Assembly: GCA_965649765.1 (NCBI GenBank)
Contig: OZ287751.1
Location: 79,236,001 to 79,300,000, forward strand
From: Bispira polyomma
Taxonomy: Eukaryota
Direction: 5' to 3'
DNA: 64,000 nt
Of the stretch, positions 50,201 through 59,664 are shown in pieces (within the stretch, counting starts at the first letter, position 1; every line of letters starts with the position of its first letter). The notes under the pieces were generated by a model that had not been told where the DNA came from, made no database searches, and saw nothing but the letters and a program-made list of their open reading frames with translations. Position numbers and translations under genes: made by a program.

Positions 50201-51723
50201 CCTGACTGATAAATTATGATAGGGAAACAGACATCTGATCTGAGAGAAATGTGTTGAATTAGGAAGCACTTCCTAATATTAAATATGGACCAATAAAATC
50301 GGCCAACGTCGGTCGAGAAAATTATGCTAAAAGAAAACCTAGGCTTAATCCATGTCACACTCCTTCTCTAAATTAACACGTTAAGTAGAGTTTAAAGCAG
50401 TGGATACAGAAGCAAACATAACCATATTAGCGAGGGTAAATAGAGCAGAGTGTCAAATAAGGCCTCGTGGACTATTTCAACCGCTTTAAGTCGAACCCCT
50501 GCAACATACAGACTTTAAGAAATAACTCAATAGGGTAGATTTAAAAATGGAAGGGCTTTGTTGGAATACCTATTTTCTTTCACATAGAAGAGGAATTGAC
50601 TTATTAACAGAGTTCAACATAAAGAGATGTGACTGTTATGTCTTATTAATTCCATTGCTTATGCTTACAGTACATGTAATAAAATATACTAGCTGTTACC
50701 CGTGTTGTAGGTAAGTTTTTGGAGGGGGGAGCGGGGAGGTAACGTTGTCAACACAATTATGACAGTGGATGTGATATGTATGTAAACTATAACTTGGGCT
50801 GTGACATATCACAGTAACACAATTCAAAGACAGTAATTTCTCTCCAAAAAAGGCCTTATAGTTGTCAATGTGAAGTCTAACAAAGGAAAAAATTAATCAT
50901 TTCTGGAGCTCAAGGTCTCCATTAAAACCAAAAATAGACGCCCACAACCCCTTTAACACACTTATATATGAATATAAATTTGAAATTCCCCACCTAGAAA
51001 ATGTTGTGTTTTTAGTAGAATTTTGGAAAATGTTTGCAAAAATTGAGATTTTTGTGACTGTTTTGCATAACTTACCTAAATTCTAGTTATTTTTCGCCAG
51101 TTTTTGTTGATTTGGCTAAATTTTAGATGTGGTGAATTTCAGATACAGTGGTCAACTTTACATTCCTTACTCTACCGATTCCATTGTTTAATCCTTTTGC
51201 CACCAATGGAAGGAAATTTCTCTATACTAAGATAATACTTTGACACACTTTGATGACATCACAAATGATGTTTTTGCAACAACTGATTACATCACATGAA
51301 AATTTTTTCTTCTCCGTATGTTATATGCAGTACAAATATACCAAAATAGATTTTATTCCTGCGTGCTGAGGAGGTATACAATAAAATTTTTAATACCGTC
51401 GACCGCTGGCCATCGGACATGCCACTAGAGAATCCACTTGTCCGTCTGCTGCTAGCCAATGGACAAGGTCGTCAAAAGGTTAAATTACATATTTAATGTA
51501 CATTCATACTACATTTGTACAAAGTAAATATTTCATATACATTCATACTAGATTTATATACATATATTGTACGTGGTTTTTCAGATCCTTGACAAGGTCT
51601 ATATGCAGCTGCAGTCGTTTGTGGATGATCCTACCTATAAAGACCAGCATGGTGTTCACCTGGAGTTAGTGAGAACCTTTGCCAGGGTGGGACCCAATGC
51701 AGAGCCCAAGTTTAGGGATGACT
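16943..51723 (+). CDS. RELCH: RELCH/KIAA1468 orthologue (RAB11-binding, LisH, coiled-coil and HEAT repeats); 21 coding exons in window, 3' end not found
   Basis: Spliced translation has motifs I recognise from RELCH: LTALELHSEL.ESGRDLPRLRDFFSNPANFER, SVQTFDSLDFARYSDDG, VLEFELRKA, EKRAISFLVNEYL, WDDVGLN, LGRCLPHIVPNV, LFNLIKRPD, LLPQCWEQITHKYAERRLLVAEACGALAPY, RVGPNAEPKFRD. All introns are GT-AG and phases match throughout. Confidence 0.95.
17721..18521. mobile_element. TIR DNA element with 8-bp TSD, containing a nested MITE (17768-17955) with 9-bp TSD
   Basis: Ends GATTACCAGATGTTTCGAC / GTCGAAAGATCTGGATATC; TSD GGGTCCCC at 17713-17720 and 18522-18529. Nested TIR TAGACGTGGTTACC / GGTAACCACGTCTA with TSD TCTTTTATT at 17759-17767 and 17956-17964. 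Confidence 0.8.
20265..20354 (+). CDS. RELCH: RELCH exon 2
   Basis: PRTNSVQTFDSLDFARYSDDGDRQETEKVA; AG/GT, phase 1-1. Confidence 0.92.
20590..20830 (-). mobile_element. tRNA-derived SINE (second family)
   Basis: Minus strand begins GTGGCCTAGTGGTTAGAG (A box), with central CCCTTGAACAAGATGCTT..CCCAGATGTATAAATAGGTACC. Confidence 0.65.
21099..21170 (+). CDS. RELCH: RELCH exon 3
   Basis: VLEFELRKAHETIKSLRASLTKSA; TTTCAG/GTAAGT, phase 1-1. Confidence 0.92.
21502..21674 (+). CDS. RELCH: RELCH exon 4 (LisH region)
   Basis: EPELPT..EKRAISFLVNEYLLIYDYKLTSVTFAEENENQ; phase 1-0. Confidence 0.92.
22045..22141 (+). CDS. RELCH: RELCH exon 5
   Basis: DFEDWDDVGLNIAKPPDLLHLYRDYGQHVMPD; phase 0-1. Confidence 0.92.
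22777..22874 (+). CDS. RELCH: RELCH exon 6
   Basis: ESCEMKDAECYVDLQDEDLTKTVENLHRVNEEL; TTTCAG/GTATGT, phase 1-0. Confidence 0.8.
23492..23580 (+). CDS. RELCH: RELCH exon 7 (coiled coil)
   Basis: RERIGVLEDELVAITNENTFLTTQIKQYE; phase 0-2. Confidence 0.8.
23794..24276 (+). CDS. RELCH: RELCH exon 8 (S/T/acidic low-complexity linker)
   Basis: 483-nt open frame inside ORF 23693-24280; CAG/GTGAGT, phase 2-2. Confidence 0.85.
24321..24625 (+). mobile_element. Degenerate tRNA-derived SINE
   Basis: CGGTGGTCTAGTGGTTAG (A box), GGGTTTGACTCCC (B box), CCTTGGGCAAGAC core; 3' end approximate. Confidence 0.6.
24992..25172 (+). CDS. RELCH: RELCH exon 9
   Basis: RNMPESFQKALL..MLGRCLPHIVPNVILAKRE; phase 2-0. 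Confidence 0.92.
25617..25729 (+). CDS. RELCH: RELCH exon 10
   Basis: ELIPLIVIAATLHPDSKQRDQLLNILFNLIKRPDVDQ; phase 0-2. Confidence 0.93.
25726..26510 (+). repeat. 46-bp minisatellite starting at the exon 10 donor, ~11 copies, interrupted by a SINE
   Basis: Unit AGAGGTAGT(G/C)TCCACTAGTCAATTAATACACCTAAATAA(A/G)TACTAC, period 46 from 26050 to 26464; the first unit is the real junction AAAG|GTACTGTCCACTAGT. Confidence 0.9.
25788..26044 (+). mobile_element. Full-length tRNA-derived SINE with 10-bp TSD
   Basis: GGGGCCACGGTGGCCTAGTGGTTAG (A box), GAGTTCGAATCCC (B box), (AAATTC)n tail; TSD AGTCTCCACT at 25778-25787 and 26045-26054. Confidence 0.9.
27205..27545. mobile_element. Double fold-back element (two adjoining inverted-repeat pairs)
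   Basis: ~46-bp inverted arms 27205-27250 / 27299-27345; second pair CTATTCTAACGTGACA (27342) / TGTCATGTTAGAATAG (ends 27545). Confidence 0.6.
28222..28525 (+). CDS. RELCH: RELCH exon 11 (HEAT repeats)
   Basis: RHMILTGCVSFARHVGPQRVESDLLPQCWEQITHK..DKYIQ; phase 2-0. Confidence 0.95.
28526..29023 (+). repeat. 10-bp donor-derived repeat plus two partial copies of the exon 11 3' end
   Basis: Units like GTATATACAG/GTGTGTACAG; exon-end copies at 28828-28908 and 28961-29023. Confidence 0.92.
29041..29205 (+). CDS. RELCH: RELCH exon 12
   Basis: GGQLLMKTLIDSSEKV..FLPTFGMWTMELEKLEKDLIPSLLGKLRNLVN; phase 0-0. Confidence 0.92.
29150..30256 (+). repeat. 59-bp minisatellite made of the exon 12 3' end plus donor site, ~19 copies
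   Basis: Unit TAGAGAAAGATCTTATACCTTCCTTATTGGGAAAACTGAGAAATCTAGTCAAT|GTAAGT, period 59, one 50-bp unit near 29890. Confidence 0.95.
30257..30595 (+). repeat. ~80-110-bp tandem copies of the exon 13 acceptor plus exon 5' end (3 copies)
   Basis: CCTGTATTTCT(A/G)G-TC..CAGCCAGTCAGCTGTTT.ACGAGTCACG..GTGAGATGTCTACA repeated before the true acceptor at 30594-30595. Confidence 0.9.
30596..30761 (+). CDS. RELCH: RELCH exon 13
   Basis: SSPHSSASQLFDESRFCTYVRCLQELTAVLFAMVVKTGPFTKK..HVL; phase 0-1. Confidence 0.88.
31038..31287 (+). mobile_element. Full-length tRNA-derived SINE, same family as 25788
   Basis: Closely similar to 25788-26044; flanked by CTGATACTGGGTAGTG / CTGATACTCGGAAGTG (probable TSD). 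Confidence 0.9.
31336..31495 (+). CDS. RELCH: RELCH exon 14
   Basis: VSSRFPTSSSPLTDLSVILDSGHQLATLTQLYEDYISEEWYEPWEEYAWIAGE; phase 1-2. Confidence 0.9.
32466..32589 (+). CDS. RELCH: RELCH exon 15
   Basis: FIPELINFMNTIDASRQSIVQSLSKFFYNLCRTFGRTFTVTK; phase 2-0. Confidence 0.92.
32676..32900. repeat. 18-bp minisatellite, ~12 copies
   Basis: Unit GCCAGTGTGGTTGTATC(A/G); produces spurious ORFs on both strands. Confidence 0.85.
33201..33249 (+). CDS. RELCH: RELCH exon 16
   Basis: VRPKFQVVLSIPEDHI; TTTTCAG/GTAAGT, phase 0-1. Confidence 0.88.
34240..34325 (+). CDS. RELCH: RELCH exon 17
   Basis: DSKVSSNQSPLTKSTAAVFASGILAAFSQ; phase 1-0. Confidence 0.88.
35272..35378 (+). CDS. RELCH: RELCH exon 18
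   Basis: EEDHKALSCFLQDLMHTLALSQASLNSINAAFVQL; phase 0-2. Confidence 0.9.
35705..35804 (+). CDS. RELCH: RELCH exon 19
   Basis: CQSSDYYELLLSVLWDGVVHTSALVRKTSALVFE; phase 2-0. Confidence 0.92.
36577..36749. mobile_element. Tc1/mariner-type MITE
   Basis: TA|CAGTCAAACCCT ... AGGGTTATACTG|TA; related copy at 51754-51935. Confidence 0.7.
36926..37220 (+). repeat. Tandem copies of the exon 20 acceptor region plus exon start
   Basis: CTGTAAATCTAAGT..GTCACCC..TGTTCTATACTACTATA(C)AG..GTGAGAGGCACCA at ~36926-37010 and ~37019-37100, plus shorter sub-repeats. Confidence 0.88.
37221..37367 (+). CDS. RELCH: RELCH exon 20
   Basis: LVVRGTNEHLVSNRVIPALVTLASDPEISVRTSTIPALGTIIETVTDRV; phase 0-0. Confidence 0.93.
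39287..39401 (+). mobile_element. 5' part of a tRNA-SINE (family of 25788) interrupted by a LINE
   Basis: GGGGCCTTGGTGGCCTAGTGGTTAGCAAGCATTGCGCT..GATGCCTATGTGAGAAAGGTG; resumes briefly after 40316. Confidence 0.85.
39402..40315 (+). mobile_element. 5'-truncated L2/Crack-like LINE, same family as 9066-11490, with 9-bp TSD
   Basis: FANKLKLNPDKTEF..KTYLLDKAFPP; (TTAGA)n tail; TSD AGAAAGGTG at 39393-39401 and 40316-40324. Confidence 0.92.
43534..47600 (-). mobile_element. Near full-length L2/Crack-like LINE: one APE-RT ORF with two lesions and a 2A-like leader
   Basis: ORFs 45587-46768 (LNARS, TETH, GGGVG, YRPP, GDFN, SDH), 44305-45528 (LDLSAAFDT, GVPQGSVLGP, YADD), 43687-44247 (..TKAYPP); (TTACAA)n tail; 5' boundary approximate. 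Confidence 0.92.
48021..48359. mobile_element. Degenerate MITE with ~48-bp TIRs
   Basis: TATGCCTAACCGATTTTGCG..TCCGTCATCC versus GGATGACGGA..GCAAAATCGGCCAGGTATA. Confidence 0.65.
49739..49953 (+). repeat. ~30-40-bp minisatellite, ~6 copies, acceptor-like unit
   Basis: Unit TTTCCTGTTT(C/T)AGTTCATACTAGAAGGGCACTCAG. Confidence 0.8.
50036..50346. mobile_element. MITE with ~20-bp TIRs
   Basis: AGCCTAGGCTTCCTTTCAGC / GCTAAAAGAAAACCTAGGCT, plus internal CCGACGTCGGTCGA inverted motifs. Confidence 0.65.
51585..51723 (+). CDS. RELCH: RELCH exon 21
   Basis: ILDKVYMQLQSFVDDPTYKDQHGVHLELVRTFARVGPNAEPKFRDD; TTTTCAG/GTGAGT, phase 0-1. Confidence 0.94.
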
Positions 51724-51973
51724 GTGAGTGTCTAAGACAAAAGATACCTAGAATACAGTAAAACCCTGTTAAGTCAAATCTTGAGCGACCATAAGAATTG
51801 GTTCTCTTTAAGAGGAATTCTACTTTACAGAGTAAATTTAAAACAGAAATATATAGAAATGCTGACCTTGAACAAATTTTTTCTCAACAGGTAATTATTC
51901 CACATATCAGAGTTCTACTTACAGGATTCCACTGTATATACATACATGGATACATTTTGTTTAAAGCGCCAAG

Positions 51974-52415
51974 CCTTTAAGGCTTATTTGTCACCTTACA
52001 TTTACATTTCAATTATACATTACTGGTGCATGTAATAGGTGTAATGCGCTATTGCGGGTATTGTTCTTCCATGTGTTGGGGGAATAAGCGTGTATGCGGG
52101 TGGCATCTGGGTATTACAAGAAATCTGTGTTTTGTGTTTAAGATGTCAAGTAAACTGAGTTGGGTAAAACTATCCACTGATAAAACCCAGCTTTTAAGGC
52201 TTATTTGTCACTTTACATTGACATTTTCTATCACACACTACTCAGGTGTATGTAATAGTTCTAATGCGCTGCTAAATGGGTATTGTCCTTCCAAGTGTCA
52301 GGGATAAGTAACTAGGTGGGTGGCAGCTGGGTAAACCTTATCCAGGTTATATATGACAACACCTGTGTATCACAAGATATATGTGTGTGATATTGTAGAT
52401 GTCAAGTAAAACTCA
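51974..52415. repeat. Diverged direct duplication of ~220-250 bp
   Basis: TTTAAGGCTTATTTGTCAC..AATGCGCT..GGGTATTGT.CTTCCA..GGGTGGCA.CTGGGTA..AGATGTCAAGTAAA at ~51976 and ~52193. Confidence 0.7.
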
Positions 52416-55400
52416 TTTTATTCCACTGTCCAATGTTTTCTTAGTTCCCTTTTTACTTTGCAGTTATATCCTCTAACTTACATAAATAATGATTACCGCA
52501 ACAAATAATTTTCATAACTATGAAACAATTAATCATGGTACATTTGTGTGCCTATCCACGTGATGGAGGTTGGGGTAGGTTTAAGATAAAAAGTTTAGAT
52601 AAAAGATGATCTAGTGTATATTGTTAGTTGCATTGTGGCCATTTCACCGTCGGGTAAGATGGATGAAGTGATGCTTGTTTTTATTGCATAAAATGTACTT
52701 ACACCATCCAAACAGATGCTGTAGTGGGTGTCAGCCAACTAGTGTCGGCCAACTGAATCATGGTCAATAGCTGACAAGTTCTTGGATCTGGCCATTGAAA
52801 ACTTATAAAGAATCTAAATTCTGCTAGGATTTGAATCGTGGCTCTTGCGGATCTTAAAGATTAATAGTTTCAGACACTAACATTTTATGGGGCTGTTCCA
52901 TCATCTCGAACTAGCTAAGGAAAACACCGGAAGCCTGAGTGTTTAATGCGCTGATATAAACTGATATTACAGCATCTATTGGATACGCTCCAAAATTTGG
53001 CGGACTCTTTCTTGGCCTATATAGCCCATCCCTGTGCTAAATTTTATGTAAATCGATTCACTAGCTTTTGTGTAATCTTGTTGTCAAACAAGATCAACCA
53101 ACGAATACAGGCCACAACATAACCCTCCTAAGTTGAGGTCATTCTATAGTTGACTGATGTATTACACCTTATAAATAAAAAATAACTTGATGGTGGCAGT
53201 TTCCCCCAGCATATTACTGTGTGTGTTTTAGTCTTTAGTGGCACCAGATGTGAACAGGTTTTATCACACAATTTAGTGTTTTACGTGTGCAGTCTCCACT
53301 AAATTATTTATAACTATACAGACATGAAGCAGTTGAAAATATCAGAGTCAAAATACACACTCAGTGAGTCTCAGTCTTAATACGGAATTCTGAGAATTTT
53401 TGCTTCCAAAACGGTCAAGCCAGTGAAATGAGTTTTTGAAACAAATCGTTTACCGAAATAAAACACCACTTGTTTGAAGTATTAGTATTCATAGAGAATA
53501 CATTTTTGTTATTTTGTAGATACATAGGGAATACCAAACTTAAAAGCCTGATGAAAAACCTAATTAAAATCTAATTTTACCCCTTAGTTAATAAAGACTG
53601 TTAGTAATTTCTATTATTCAAACATGCTAGAGGACCAAGATATTGTTGGGACAAGAGAAGGTTAATAAAATAGATGAGACGTTTTAGTATAAAACAATAG
53701 GAAAACATAAATTTTAGAGAGTGAAATTGAGTCCATAAAATAAAATATTTCAGTTATACTGTATATAAATTATGAAATACATTGTATACATTGTACAGCT
53801 TTATAGATACAGGCAATGTACATCAAAATACACCCATTTATTAGGAAAACTAATATATAACCCTTGAAGTCTTTATTTAGTCACGGATATTGTCCCTTTA
53901 CAGACATTGTAGTTTAACTCCTACTAGAAAGTCACCCAGAGACTTTAGGCACTGATTGATTTGATAGTTTAATTATTTATAACCCAAGATCACACAAGTG
54001 ATAAACATCGTTAGAAAGCCCTGTCTAAGAGCTTTATGTATGAAAAAGTAAATATCCAATACCATATGTATAAATGGCACTTATACCATAGACATGCCAC
54101 TATTTAGTTTTTAGCAAAGAATTCAACAATATGCAGTAAAAGTCATACAATTGCTGTTGGCCGTTGGCTGGTCGCCTAAAAAAATTGCCTGCATGGAAAC
54201 ACGCTCACTAATAGTGGCAGCACAGTTCTGTGCTGTGAGTCATTTATTGCAGCAGTTATAATCAACAACATCTAGAGAAGACATCAACTCAAATTGCTAT
54301 TTCGTAGGTTTAAAAAGAAGAAAAAAAACGTTTATATCCTAAATCAGTACATCTCATTGTGGTACTGATAGTAATGCCCCTGAGAACAGTAAAATGTAAA
54401 TAATTTACTTCATCTTCCAATCTGTGATTTGGGCTATGTGTTTAAGGCTAGTATTTACAAAAAGATTCTTAATTTTCTGAAATGTTTCTCTCAGGTCATT
54501 TTGATTGGCTGAAAATATTGTTTTATTACTGATCTGATTGACTGAGACTAAGAAAAATCTTGGAGTTTCATTGTAAGAATGTTTTTAAATATGGTCTCAG
54601 GTGAAGTTTGTGTAAGTGTTGTGGTAAAAGTGGATTAAGCTGCTGTAAAGGGGCCTCAATTAACAAATAAATGATGTCTTTTTGAGGATACATGGCAGAG
54701 CCTGGAAGTGGAGTAAAAGATTCTAAAATTTCTCACATAGGTTTTATTTGAAATTTGCCTTCCTGAAAAACATAGACATAATACATGCAAAAAAAATAAG
54801 ACAAAATTTAATCAAAGTGTAGTTCAATTCGTTCAAATAGGGTTGTAGTGATTGAATTTTTAGACAAAAGTTATATCTTTTCATAAAATGTATTGAGGAT
54901 GTTACGATTGAAGATTTCAGATATATAGCGATATTAAGCTTCCCTACTCACTCAGGTTACAATTTAGAGCAAAATGTAAAAAGGTAGAGAAATTTTGTAC
55001 GAACAAACTGGAGATAAATATGAGGCTGTTTTTATGGGAAAAGTGAAGATCACAAGGATATGCCCGATATCAGTGAATTTAAGTAGAAAAGCTAAATATT
55101 TATGACTCATCGTGCTTTCAAAAATAATAATTAACAGAATTAAGGTTTAAAGGAATTAAAGAAGAAATTCACACATTTTTAGGTATGAGCTTGGAGAATA
55201 AAAATTAATTCAAGATAAAATTTTATGTTTATAATAATTGTATGACTTCCATTGCCATTTGTAGAAATGCTTCTCTCCCATTTAAAGGATAACAATGCAG
55301 ATAGCTTCATCTAACTTAGTACAAATGATTACATTGGTAACAGCTACTATTGAAAAACAAGATGGCCGCCATAGTAATTATCATGAAAAATAGTTTTGAC

Positions 55401-55799
55401 CCATTGTGTAACTCTAACAGTCTTCATTACATTTGATACATTGGTTTTGTTACGTGATTAACTTGCTTAAAATTGATGCTGTGGGTGTTTTGACTTCATG
55501 CCGATTTAATCACAAGGCAATGGTCTGTCACATGAGAATACTAACCAAAATGTTACCAATCCTGAGTGAGTTTGAATTAAACATTTTTGGGTACATTAAA
55601 CATATCTCTGATTAGGGTTAATACCCTCAATATGTCCACGTATATGCATGCGTTGAAATGGCGAATTTTCTATTTTTACAAATCTATGTCTTTGCAAGCA
55701 CAATACCTTCCTTAAAAAGAGTCAGTCTGCGCTAAATGAAAAATCATTTGGCAAAAATGTGAAAAAGGAGGGACATAAAAGGGTGATGTGATCGGATTA

Positions 55800-56012
55800 A
55801 GGGTTGGGTTAAGTGGGGTTGGCTGATACAAGTAGGTGATGTGGCCGTGAATGAGGGAAGGGTTAAGTGGGGTAGGCTGATACAAGTAGGTCATGTGACT
55901 GTGAATAAGGGAAGGGTTAAGTGCGGTAGGCTGATACAAGTAGGTGATGTGACCGTGAATGAGGGAAGGATTAAGTGGCATATGCTGATACAAGTAGGTG
56001 ATGTGGCCGTAA
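55800..56012. repeat. 54-bp minisatellite, ~4 copies
   Basis: GCTGATACAAGTAGGT recurs at ~55822, 55877, 55931, 55985. Confidence 0.85.
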
Positions 56013-56042
56013 ATTGTCAAGTGGAGGTGGTCTAGATGCCAA

Positions 56043-57068
56043 GTTATTGTTCCTTGTTAATCAGCTGTAGGTAGGTCGTGTTCTTCTGAGTTCTCCACTT
56101 GACAATTGTTTGTGTCAAATGAAAGTTTAATATATGTTTTCTTCTTTTATTAACAACAAAATAACAATGTTCACAAAAATATATATAAAAGTACAAGTTC
56201 TTTCTTGATGGTGCCTCTGGTTAAATTCTCTATAAGCTGAGTTACATCACTCTTAGTAGTTCATATTGGTATCTTCTAAACAACTCTACTAAACTGGCTA
56301 AAAAGCCTCCTTATATACCTAACTGTACAATGCATGCCATGACTCATTGACATTCCATTCTCTGGAACCATTAACTTGTCAGTCTTAACCATTGCCTTAT
56401 ATAGTATTGGCAAGGGTCATGTGATTTGTCATGTGACTAGGAAGAAAGAATTGTTGATGGTCATGTGACTAGGAAGAAAGAATTGTTGATGGTCATGTGA
56501 CCGGTTATCTGATAATATTTAGATAACATTGCCTTATATGGGGTGTCATGTGACCTGCATAGGATTGTGGGTAATATAGTTTTTGATAGCTGAAGGGGTC
56601 ACATGATTACATATTTTGCCAAACCTAGGTGTAAATATGGGAAGAACCTTGGACTACATTCCTAAGGAATGATGCACAGGAAACAAGGTTTCTTAGTGCA
56701 CAGACTTGTACAAAACTACATACTTATACATAGATAAAATACATTATATGTTAGAACATAGTTGTCAAAAATATGATGATACCACATACTTACAAAAGAT
56801 TCATTAATAAACATGTTGCTTTAAACCTATATACTAACATAATACTTAGTTACTTGACAATGTGGTATTTACTTTTGAGCTATAAACTTTTAATGACATT
56901 TGCTTTGTTATTTATAAACATGATTAGTAATATTCATTTGCTTGACTTACTTTAAACTGTTTAATTACATTTACTTTTAATAACATTAACTGTATGTGTT
57001 AATTATATACAGTTTCTAATAAAGTAATTAGAACAAAGAAAATAGTAACAAGAGCCTGCTTAATAATA
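56043..57068 (-). repeat. Candidate 3' LTR of the Gypsy element
   Basis: On the minus strand: polypurine tract AAAGGGAGAGA just outside 57068, a cluster of TCATGTGA boxes (56416-56610), TATATAA at 56317-56311, AATAAA at ~56150. Terminal TG..CA is imperfect and the 5' LTR is outside the window, so this is unconfirmed. Confidence 0.5.
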
Positions 57069-59664
57069 TCTCTCCCTTTAACAGAAGTCATGTCCCATGA
57101 CTTGACACAAAATTCATGATATTACTGAAAAAAAGCAAAAAATCAGGACATTACTGTAAACGGCAAAAATTCATGACATTACTGTAAAAATGTATTTTTG
57201 TAATTGATAATTAAACAAGTCTTACTTAATACATCACTGTACACATATTGTGAATTACACAACAATCAAACAATATTACAAGTTACTACAATAACAACAA
57301 TTCATTTAAAACTGACTTTTAATTAATAGCACTGGAATATCTTGTGTTATAATAGCAGTGCTGAATATACCAAGGTAAAATCATGTCAAACATTTCAGAA
57401 ACACAAGGGCAAAGCAATTAAATTGAGATAAAACTTTTAACCACAAAATAGTGTTCTCATAGATATAGTATTACAGTGTTCACCTTCATATGTTGATGTT
57501 ATGAGATAAGTTAGGGAAGAAGAGTTAGGGAAGGGACTACATTAGCCTGGAATGACAAACTTTCATCTACAGGAAATGACTTGTAAGGATTATAGTTCCA
57601 CAATAAATATGTTATTATATTAAAGAATGATGTCAATTGCTCTTTTTTAAATGGCTTAAATTAAATACAAGTAGAAGTAACATGAATTATAAAGTTTTTC
57701 TGCAAATACAATAATTTTTTAAAAATTATAAAAAAAATTGATTTTGGTAAGTGTGAAAGGCTTACCTTTTTTGGAGATGTAGGACAGTTCCCTGGATTTG
57801 GTATGTGGCTGAAGCATGAAGATTAAGAGGATTTTTGAGGCGTATGAATATTTGGAAGATGGCAAGTGTGGATATAAAAACCTGGACCCACATGGTTTGG
57901 GGTCAGAACTATGGATTGCAAAACCAGTGAGTAAAATTATTTTTAACAATTTTGAAATTAATTAAGTAAACATTTATGTTTTTCAAATACTTTGCAAGAT
58001 TTGTTAATGTATAAGTATAAAATATTTGAAGAAATGTAATTGTAACATACTATGTTATTGTTTTTATGTGACAAAAGGTTTCTACTGGGTTATAATGATG
58101 TCTTTACTTTTAGGAGAGCTGAAAGGAGTCAAGAGACTGTGAAAGATAAAGTGGAGGTGTTCAGTCCTCAAGAACAAGTGATTTTAATGTAAGTGTCTCT
58201 AAATGAAATATTACACACTAACAGTAATTGAAATGTAATTTCTAGTGATACAGTTAATATACTAGTAAAATATTTTACACATTGAAGTTATAATGCAATG
58301 TAACACATCAGTTATCGTGAATACAAAAGATAACAATTATCAAAGTGACACAATATGATAAAAGAATTAATATAACATCAATTCTATGTAAATACACCCA
58401 TATGTAGCAATAAACATACCAAATGATAAATGTAATGATGTATACCAGTAGTAATAAATTGTTATCAGTTATGTCTTTAAACAACACATTAGTTCATGAA
58501 GGATATCCAAGTACCAGTTGTTATATATACATAATTTATTTTTTTAATTTTAGAACTCTGGGGATTTACCGGACCTGGGAGGTGGATGGTGGGCCAGGTC
58601 TGAAGAGTGAGACCTTATTACCTGGACTACACTCTGGACTTTTAGACACTTGAAATATACATTTACTAAGTTGTGTGATATAAAAGGAGTAAAATTTAAA
58701 AATGTCACAATGTGTTTTACTTGGAAATAATAATGGTAACTTTGGATATCACTACATTCACAACCTGGTAAGTGTGTAAAAACATGAACACAACAAGACT
58801 GACCATTTCTCTCTGAACCAATATACATGAGCTGGTAAAATCAAAACAAAATATGAAATATAAATGTAAATACATACAAGGTGATTTAAAGAACAATACT
58901 TGTCTGTGACAGTTGAGAGACAATACACTTGAAATTCATTGTAATACATCTGTACAGTGTTTTAATATATGCTATATACAAGAAATTTAAATGAAACTGA
59001 ACTATACATCAGTAAATTATATTTATACACTAGCTTTCAAACACACATGTATATTGTTTGCTGTACAATGCAGAATATTATGTGAACCAAATACACAGTG
59101 TATCACCTTTTACATCAATGAAAGAAATAGTACATGTGTTAATCTTTACAGGTAACTTGTCCATTTGAAAATTCTGTATAATGTGTGTACACAAATACTC
59201 ATCAACTTAGTACAAAAACAAGGTAATTTACAACTCACAATATTGTTAACTAAAAAGTTATCCTGAATTAAGATACTTGAAATTTAAACTTGTGCTATCA
59301 TCATGTAAACTGGAACTGCTAGCAGATAGAAATTCTATCAGGATTGTTTTTTTTTTTCAGATTATCTGAGTAGAATCTACCCCACTTTAAACAAAATTTG
59401 AAGTAATGGTGGAAAATAACTAGTGTTTTACATGCAGTATGATATTGCTGTATAATGTGATTGAGAAGAACCTGTGTGTAGTATGTTTTTGTCTGTGTGT
59501 GCTGTGTGTGTGGATAAGAAGTACATGTACATGTATGAGATCTGTGTGCTTGTTATAATGAGTTTTGTGAGAGTGCACATTCCTTCCAATGTCAAGGTTT
59601 GTTTACATCCTTACATTTTCCCCTTTTTCATTTTTTGACTGTTGAGCTTTCTGAAATCTGTGAA

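Noticed and set aside
52464-52489. Acceptor TTTTACTTTGCAG followed in phase 1 by FISSNLHK-stop, faintly like the expected next RELCH residues
   Set aside because: Stops after 8 codons whereas RELCH should continue for over 100 residues. Probably chance, though an alternative terminal exon cannot be excluded without RNA data.
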